From a virus: a stretch of DNA of 64,000 nucleotides. Where the stretch lies: positions 2,860-66,859 of the IMG/VR virus record IMGVR_UViG_3300037010_001386; one strand, written 5' to 3'. The position numbers and the translations under genes are program-made. Shown here piece after piece: positions 57,157 to 64,000 of the stretch (position 1 is its first letter; each line of letters begins with the position of its first letter). The notes below the pieces were generated by a model. It was not told the origin of the DNA. It did not search any database and saw nothing but the letters and a program-made list of their open reading frames with translations.

Positions 57157-60100
57157 ATGGCAAATGTAGTAACATATAATTATACAGGAGGCATACAGAC
57201 ATTCACTGTTCCAAATGGTGTAAATTCTATTACCGCAACAATTGCAGGAGCACAAGGAGGAGCTGGTGGATGGACAGCTATAAATGGTGGAACTGCTGGT
57301 GCTGGCGGAATTACCAGTGGAACAATTAATGTTACTCCAGGTCAAATTTTATATATAGTTGTTGGCGGACAAGGAAGCAACGGCATTCAAGTAACTGATG
57401 GATATGCTCATTATAGTGGAACTGGTGGTGGTGGAGGTGGAAAATCTTGGATTTCTTTATCATCCTCGTTTGATTCTAATGTATTATTAGTAGCAGGTGG
57501 AGGAGGTGGTGGTGGTAGTAATGGAGACCCAAATACTTTTCCAAATGCTTATGGTGGTGCTGGTGGTTATCCGAATGGAGGCAAGGGTGGTAATAATGAT
57601 GGAAGTCATGGGGAACCTGGTGCTGGTGGTGGCGGAGATGGTTGGTATGGAGGCGGTGGTGGTCCTTCTGCTGGTAGTGTGCCTGTTAGCGGAGGAACTG
57701 GCGGAACTCAATCTGCTGGAGGAATATCTGGCGGTGCTTTTGGTGCTGGTGGTAATGGAGGTCCTGATGGTGGAAATGCTACTTATTATGGAGGCGGATG
57801 TGGAGGTGCTGGAGGAGGGACTGTTGGTGCGACAGGACAAAATGGATTATCTGGAAGTTATTATATTGCAAGTGGAGGAGGCGGTGGTTCATCTTATGTT
57901 GCTACATCAGTTTCAAATCCATCTATTCAACAGGGAGGAAATAGCGGAAATGGTTATGCGACAATTTCATATATTGCAACTCCAACTATATCATCTCCGA
58001 CATCTTCTAATGTTACGCAAACTTCTGCAACATTAAATGCAAATTTAACATCTACAGGTAGTGATACTTGCACAATTGGATTTTATTGGGGATTAAATCC
58101 TGATTCAATGACTAATTGGTTACCTGCTGGAACGACTACATCAACTGGCATATTTTCTGCGTCATTAACAGGATTAACAAGTAATACTCCATATTTTTAT
58201 TATGGATATGCATCTAATAGTGCTGGTAATGCTTCTACATCAACAAACGACTTTTCTACATTACCGACAATTCCTGCTGTTTCCACACAACCAGTTACTG
58301 GACCATTTAATGTAGATGGTGCAATAGCAAATGGGACTATTTTATCACAAGGACAAGCAACAATAACATCTGCTGGTGTTTGTGTTAGTTCGACAAATCA
58401 AACACCTACAACATCGGATACTATTTTTACAACAACGACAACATCTGGAGCATTTTCAATTCAGATGACAGGATTAACTGCAAATCAAACTTATTATGTT
58501 CGTGCTTATGCAACAAACGCAGGAGGAACTGCTTATGGAAATGTTGTTACATTTATAACAGCACAACCAACAATAACATCTATAACACCAAACAACGGAG
58601 CTAATACTTCTGTTGTATTTATACAATCAATTACAGGAACAAATTTTGTTTCTGGATGCACGGTAACTCTTACAAAAACAGGACAATCTAATATAAATGG
58701 AACTGGATTTACTTTTACAAATCAAAATACATTATCTAATGGTTCTTTTAATATAACAGAAGCAACTGCTGGATTATGGAATGTTGTAGTAACAAATCCA
58801 GACGGACAATCTTCTACATTATTTAATTTTAATATATCTTCTTATGTTATAGGAGGAGAACTTATTAAAGTTCAAGCATCTAATTATAAATGGGCAACTG
58901 GAACATTATTATCAGCACAACAATCATCTGCTACAAGACCTTATATAAATTGTCAAATAATTGATAAGGGATTTAGAGAAGTATCCGAACCAATATCTTC
59001 TGCTTTTGGTAGTCCTCTTTCTTTGGAATTTGGTAATTCTATAAATGCTCCAGACGGAACAATTCTTACAATAGGAAGAGATACAAATGGATATTTAAGA
59101 TTTGGCAAAATAACAGATGCATCGCAATCATCTCAATGGAGTTCTTTATATAATGCAACTTCTGGAATTCCAATTGCATCAAATGCTATTTTTTCAAATG
59201 GATCAGCAACTCCAATTTCTGCTATATTTCCTAATCCAGCAATGAATCCGAGCATAGCAGTTTCTGATTGGATAAATGGAAATTATGTTATTGATATTTA
59301 TTGGTGGTATACAGATTCCAATGCTAATTTTCAAATAGACCATGCAAGGTCAACTGATAGCGGAAATACTTTTGTTGTGGATTATACTTTGCCTAATATC
59401 AATATTCCAAATAGCACATTATGTTATTTATGGCTTGTTGCAGGAAAACCAATTTTTGACCCATCTACTGGTAATGTATCAGCAACTGTTTATTATCTTG
59501 ATAATTATACAAATTATACATCAAGTAATAAAGCATCTATTATAAAATATATAACAAGCAAAACTGGTGTATCTGCATCGTGGGGAACTACTTGGACGCA
59601 ATTTCCATTATCATTAGATACGCAAGATTGGAATATACATAGTTTTGATGTTATAACAATTCCAAAAACAGGACAATCATTTAAACAAGGTTCTGTTAGT
59701 TATGATGGACACGCAACTTATTTGACTTTTTCTGGCTATCATATGACATTAAATAATGCTAAAAATTATGGATTATATATATCAAGAATATATAATTTAT
59801 CAGGAGATTCTACAATTGCAGATAATGCAGATTATTGGGGCGAGGCAATTCCTATTATAGAAATACAATCAAATATAGCAAACAATGCAACAAACTTTTA
59901 TTATCCAACATTTTCATTTGATGGAGAAGAATTGGAATTAGTAGCAAGAGGAGATGTCGTTACTTCTGTTAATAATAACGGAAGTGCAACAACACAAACA
60001 TATTATTTTTTATGGAGCTCTGTTGATTTTACAAACTTTACATATCCTTTGCAATTAGTTGATATAAATGGAAAATCATTCCCTAATGCTAATTTACCAC

Positions 60101-62592
60101 AAACAAGTTCTTTTAATTCTTCTTATAGATTAGTTCCACAATCAGTAAAAGGTAACTTTTATGTATTAACAGGAACTTCTTTCGTCTGGCAATTTGAACA
60201 AATGAATACAATAGCAGATATATCTAATTATATTATTAGTTATAATATAAACGAACAAGTAGCTGGAACATCTTCTATAAGTTTAACAATAGATAATTCT
60301 GATTCAAAATGGTATGGAACAAATCCAACAGAATTAGGAGCATCTGCAATAGCAAAAGGAAGTTTAATTTATTTAAAACAAGGTTATTGGAACGCAAATG
60401 GAAAAGCAGAAGTAGTTCCTAAAAATGTTTTTTATATAAATAATATATCACAAAATATATCTGCAACAGAAAATCAGTTAGTCATAACTGGCGTTGATTT
60501 GAATTATCTTTTACAATCGCAAACAACTCAATATTCTTATACATTTAACGGACCAGATATGTATTATGATATGTTTAATAATACTTCTATGAGTTATTGG
60601 AATATCAGTAGTGGCAATTGGACACAAATAGCAAATCCAAATTTATCAATAGCAAGTAATGTTTCTCAATCTGGAGCTTATTATCCAACAGGTCTTGGTG
60701 GTGTATTTTTGCCATTAACATCTGGAACTCCAAACGCATCACCAGTATTAAACGGAACTACACTCGCAACTCTTGCTGGATATATAACAAATAAACAAGA
60801 ATCAGCGATGAGCATCTGTGCGTATATACCATCAGCAGGAGAAGTTGATATATACCCATTCTTTATTGATTCAAATAATTATATGAAAATTAGTATAGTT
60901 GGTGGTTCTTCTTCATTCACAGTTAATGTTACTGGAAATTGCAATGGAATTGGAACATCACAAGCTGTTACATATACTGCAAATCAAGCATTACCTGCAA
61001 ATGTTAATAGTGCAACAAATAAATGGTATCCTATTTTTATACATAGAAAATTCTTGCAAGGGAATGCTCCTGTATATACAATTAGTATAGGGGGTAGTCA
61101 AACTTCATCTAATAATTCATTCTATAACGTAATAAATAATTCACTTTTATTAACAAATGTAACACCGACATCATCTATTTATTATCCACCAAATTCTGCG
61201 GCAACTATTGCAATTGGAACAAGTGGAACGTGGGGAACATTAACAGCAAATAATTATACTAATTATGGATTTGGTTCGTTTAAATTTATTCAGTATGATT
61301 ATTCACAAGATATAGAACAATTAACAAAGAAAATAGGAACATTATCTAATGTTTTATATTATAAAGCAGAACATAAATATGATTTTGATACAAGCAGTTT
61401 AACTGAATGGTATGGCAATGCAGTTATAAAAAATAATTGTTTAAATGTCCCTATAAATGGAATGACATTCAATAATACAATATTATCAGATGAGCAGATT
61501 GAATTTGACGCAAAAGTTTTTCCTACATCTAATAATCTTGAATATGCATTTGATTTTCTATTTAGAGTTCCAAATTCTGGGAGTATAACAAATGCTTTTG
61601 CGGTTAGATTTGGACAACATATGAATAGTGATGGCACACCAAGATCTATTGTTTCAATAATTTATCACGATGGAGGAACTGGTGATAATAATTATGGAGG
61701 ATATCATATATATACATCAAATGGATTTATGACTTATGGAACTTCTACTTCTTATGATATTAATGCATTTTTTGATTTACATATAGACTGGACACAATGG
61801 CATCATTATGCTATAACATTTAATGAAAAATGGATATATGTTTATGTAGATGATAGAATGGTATTATCATATTATATAGATTATACAGATATTCCACAAC
61901 AGACTTCTGGTTCTTGGGGATTTAGCACAAACAAAACAACATATCCTGCTGGTAATACAACTTGTTCTTTATTAGTAAAAAATGTTTATACTCCAATGTT
62001 CTGGAATCAAATCAATTCGTTTATCATAAATACTGGTGATAATTTTCAAAATGATATTCAATCTAATCTTGCAACTGTATATGGATATTATTTCTCGGAT
62101 TTAGCTGGTAGATTAAAATTAATTAAATTAGAGCCAACAGATCCTGTATCATATTATTATGGATCTTCTGCACCTAATTATCAACTTATAAGTCAAACAA
62201 TAAATTCGTCGTCGAGCGAATATGTAAATGAAGTTGTTGTTATAGGAGATGGCGTATCAGCAACCGCACAAGATACTGTTTCAATAGGAAAAAATGCAGT
62301 AGTTAGAACAAATGTAATAACAGATTTAAAGATACAAACAGTCGCAGATGCACAAACAAGAGCAAAACAAGAATTAATATCTGCGGATAAATATGGGATA
62401 CAACCATCTCCAAAACAAACAATTAATGTCGGGTCTGAAATATTTGATGTAATAAATGTAGTAGATAATTCAACGAGTAATTCTACTGGATTAAATGGAA
62501 ATTATCGTATATATGTTCAATCCTTTAATGAAGGTGGAACATCAAATGATTATACATTTACATTTAATACTGGCAATGTTTTAAATAATTAA
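57157..62592 (+). CDS. Large tail-tip/hub protein with Gly-rich, FN3 and IPT/TIG-like domains
   Basis: YTGGIQTFTVP, GLTANQTYYVRAYATN, PTITSITPN, C-terminal NEVVVIG...RAKQEL. Confidence 0.75.
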   Translation: MANVVTYNYTGGIQTFTVPNGVNSITATIAGAQGGAGGWTAINGGTAGAGGITSGTINVTPGQILYIVVGGQGSNGIQVTDGYAHYSGTGGGGGGKSWISLSSSFDSNVLLVAGGGGGGGSNGDPNTFPNAYGGAGGYPNGGKGGNNDGSHGEPGAGGGGDGWYGGGGGPSAGSVPVSGGTGGTQSAGGISGGAFGAGGNGGPDGGNATYYGGGCGGAGGGTVGATGQNGLSGSYYIASGGGGGSSYVATSVSNPSIQQGGNSGNGYATISYIATPTISSPTSSNVTQTSATLNANLTSTGSDTCTIGFYWGLNPDSMTNWLPAGTTTSTGIFSASLTGLTSNTPYFYYGYASNSAGNASTSTNDFSTLPTIPAVSTQPVTGPFNVDGAIANGTILSQGQATITSAGVCVSSTNQTPTTSDTIFTTTTTSGAFSIQMTGLTANQTYYVRAYATNAGGTAYGNVVTFITAQPTITSITPNNGANTSVVFIQSITGTNFVSGCTVTLTKTGQSNINGTGFTFTNQNTLSNGSFNITEATAGLWNVVVTNPDGQSSTLFNFNISSYVIGGELIKVQASNYKWATGTLLSAQQSSATRPYINCQIIDKGFREVSEPISSAFGSPLSLEFGNSINAPDGTILTIGRDTNGYLRFGKITDASQSSQWSSLYNATSGIPIASNAIFSNGSATPISAIFPNPAMNPSIAVSDWINGNYVIDIYWWYTDSNANFQIDHARSTDSGNTFVVDYTLPNINIPNSTLCYLWLVAGKPIFDPSTGNVSATVYYLDNYTNYTSSNKASIIKYITSKTGVSASWGTTWTQFPLSLDTQDWNIHSFDVITIPKTGQSFKQGSVSYDGHATYLTFSGYHMTLNNAKNYGLYISRIYNLSGDSTIADNADYWGEAIPIIEIQSNIANNATNFYYPTFSFDGEELELVARGDVVTSVNNNGSATTQTYYFLWSSVDFTNFTYPLQLVDINGKSFPNANLPQTSSFNSSYRLVPQSVKGNFYVLTGTSFVWQFEQMNTIADISNYIISYNINEQVAGTSSISLTIDNSDSKWYGTNPTELGASAIAKGSLIYLKQGYWNANGKAEVVPKNVFYINNISQNISATENQLVITGVDLNYLLQSQTTQYSYTFNGPDMYYDMFNNTSMSYWNISSGNWTQIANPNLSIASNVSQSGAYYPTGLGGVFLPLTSGTPNASPVLNGTTLATLAGYITNKQESAMSICAYIPSAGEVDIYPFFIDSNNYMKISIVGGSSSFTVNVTGNCNGIGTSQAVTYTANQALPANVNSATNKWYPIFIHRKFLQGNAPVYTISIGGSQTSSNNSFYNVINNSLLLTNVTPTSSIYYPPNSAATIAIGTSGTWGTLTANNYTNYGFGSFKFIQYDYSQDIEQLTKKIGTLSNVLYYKAEHKYDFDTSSLTEWYGNAVIKNNCLNVPINGMTFNNTILSDEQIEFDAKVFPTSNNLEYAFDFLFRVPNSGSITNAFAVRFGQHMNSDGTPRSIVSIIYHDGGTGDNNYGGYHIYTSNGFMTYGTSTSYDINAFFDLHIDWTQWHHYAITFNEKWIYVYVDDRMVLSYYIDYTDIPQQTSGSWGFSTNKTTYPAGNTTCSLLVKNVYTPMFWNQINSFIINTGDNFQNDIQSNLATVYGYYFSDLAGRLKLIKLEPTDPVSYYYGSSAPNYQLISQTINSSSSEYVNEVVVIGDGVSATAQDTVSIGKNAVVRTNVITDLKIQTVADAQTRAKQELISADKYGIQPSPKQTINVGSEIFDVINVVDNSTSNSTGLNGNYRIYVQSFNEGGTSNDYTFTFNTGNVLNN

Positions 62593-62596
62593 AAAT

Positions 62597-62878
62597 ATGA
62601 ATAATTCACAACCTCTTGATTCTTATAAAAATCTTCATAGAAAATTAAATGATAAAGTTACACCAACAGAATGGATGCGTGGTATTATTGTCGCAGTTCA
62701 TTATGCGTCAAAGACAGCAGATGTTTCTCTCCTTGGTAATAATGCGTCTATTATAAAAAATATTCCATTAAGTTCTGGAGTTGGTGCGATTGCAAATGTT
62801 AAAGTAGGACAACGATGCCGTGTAGATTTATTTGATTCTAGCAATCCATCGGATAGTTGTGTTGCATATTTGTATTAA
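62597..62878 (+). CDS. Small tail-tip protein (OB-fold-like)
   Basis: RGIIVAV..TADV..KNIP..VGQRCRV. Confidence 0.5.
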   Translation: MNNSQPLDSYKNLHRKLNDKVTPTEWMRGIIVAVHYASKTADVSLLGNNASIIKNIPLSSGVGAIANVKVGQRCRVDLFDSSNPSDSCVAYLY

Positions 62879-62906
62879 AAACACCCTAATAAATAGGATG
62901 TTTTTA
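62878..62906. terminator. Probable bidirectional terminator between convergent genes
   Basis: AAAAACACCCTA-ATAAA-TAGGATGTTTTT inverted repeat. Confidence 0.6.
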
Positions 62907-62911
62907 ATAGT

Positions 62912-63949
62912 TTATTGTGTTATATCATCGGTTGACGAAGTTACAAAGAACTGTCCAATATATGGTATATATAAATATTCTCCTACCCATTCGCCATTGT
63001 TATCAGAACTTGTTGGAATTGTAAATGTATATGTAGATGTTGAAGTATATTCAGGAAACCATTGTTTGCCCATTGGCATTGGTTTATATTTAATACAATA
63101 TAATGAAGTAAAATCTCCAGTAACAGTAATTTGTTCTCCCAAATTTACACGAAATTCGTTAAAGTGTTGAGCTACTGAATCCCAATTATTAAGTGATTTT
63201 AATGGTTTTCCATTAAATGTATCAACACGAGTTATTACTCTACTAAATTTATCAATCAAATCCATATTTTGTGTTGTAGTTGCGTATGTAAGAGCAGGAC
63301 AAGTTACTGGATCATCTGTTCTTAAATGATGTAATCCACCATCAGTTGTACCGACTACCGAACCGTGATCAAGAAACCATAGATAATTTGCTGGTAAAGT
63401 AGCTGGTGCTGTCGGTGTTGTCGTTTCTATCGGTGCTGTGCTTTTCCCTGTTTGTATTGTTTGTTGTTGTATAACTGGTGTTTGTTGATTTGGTAAAACA
63501 TTTACAAAAACACTTGACGATGCTTCATTTATTCCATTGCATAAAACTGTATATGTCTGTGAATTTGTAACATTGATATTTCCAGAAGTTCCAAATAACC
63601 CAGATATTTTCAATGGTGAAACACTGCACGAACTTGCATTAGTTGAACTCCATTTAATTTCAACAGGAGCATTATATGCAACCGTTATTGAACCAGCAGA
63701 ACCATTTGCTGTAATTGTTGCTGTTGTTGTCGCAGTCGTTGTTGTAATTGCAATTCCTGTTGTTGTAGAGTTTGTTCCGTTTAATGCTAATAATTGTTGT
63801 TCTAGATTTTGTATTTCTTGAATTAATAAATTAATCAATTGCTGAAGAATTGAATCTGGAACTCCTACATAACTTGTTGTTTGAGCAAATGATAGCGATG
63901 GAACTATTAATGCTATTGCTAATACAAAACCTATTATTTTATTTTTCAT
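62912..63949 (-). CDS. Secreted/surface protein with signal peptide and Ig/PKD-like domain
   Basis: MKNKIIGFVLAIALIVPSLSFA|Q, LQQLINLLIQEIQNLEQQL coil, WSSTNASSC...YTVLC. Confidence 0.7.
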   Translation of the reverse strand: MKNKIIGFVLAIALIVPSLSFAQTTSYVGVPDSILQQLINLLIQEIQNLEQQLLALNGTNSTTTGIAITTTTATTTATITANGSAGSITVAYNAPVEIKWSSTNASSCSVSPLKISGLFGTSGNINVTNSQTYTVLCNGINEASSSVFVNVLPNQQTPVIQQQTIQTGKSTAPIETTTPTAPATLPANYLWFLDHGSVVGTTDGGLHHLRTDDPVTCPALTYATTTQNMDLIDKFSRVITRVDTFNGKPLKSLNNWDSVAQHFNEFRVNLGEQITVTGDFTSLYCIKYKPMPMGKQWFPEYTSTSTYTFTIPTSSDNNGEWVGEYLYIPYIGQFFVTSSTDDITQ

Positions 63950-64000
63950 TGTTTTATTTTAATTAATTTTTGTTTGATCTTTATTAATTTTATATAATTA

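Noticed and set aside
55263-58036. Overlapping alternative-frame and antisense ORFs in glycine-rich regions
   Set aside because: Artefacts of GGT/GGA-rich sequence lacking stops
1-64000. Stop-codon reassignment, tRNA genes, integrase, CRISPR array, dZ (PurZ) pathway
   Set aside because: Genes are full length and tightly packed in the standard code; no cloverleaf, recombinase, repeat-spacer array or PurZ-like ORF was recognised by eye

Overview
AT-rich tailed-phage (siphovirus-like) genome segment, probably most of a genome. It has two divergent arms split by a ~1 kb non-coding region at 16.9-18.0 kb. The leftward arm carries RNase HI, two DNA methyltransferases, VRR-NUC, DnaN clamp, PD-(D/E)XK nuclease, HAD and metallophosphoesterase genes, duplicated hexapeptide-repeat genes, gp32-like SSB, DnaB-like helicase, a CHC2 zinc-finger protein and an intein-containing terminase. 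The rightward arm carries lysis-type genes, RecA, two more methyltransferases, glycosyltransferases, then portal, head, neck and tail genes. SD-less A-rich leaders and a host-like secreted protein hint at a Patescibacteria/CPR host (inference). The strongest candidate for an undescribed system is in the head region: a 1783-aa protein built from roughly 20 small modules separated by recurring h-x-K|S/A/G/D/T/N linkers. The same linker recurs in the portal (flanking a fused kinase-like domain), the protease/scaffold, the capsid leader and minor head proteins. This suggests protease-released cargo packaged in the capsid. Also notable: an AAAGGTC(G) leader motif upstream of many genes, two promoter classes, DnaA-type boxes beside promoters and several structured non-coding RNA candidates. 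All calls are by eye from motifs; no database searches were run.
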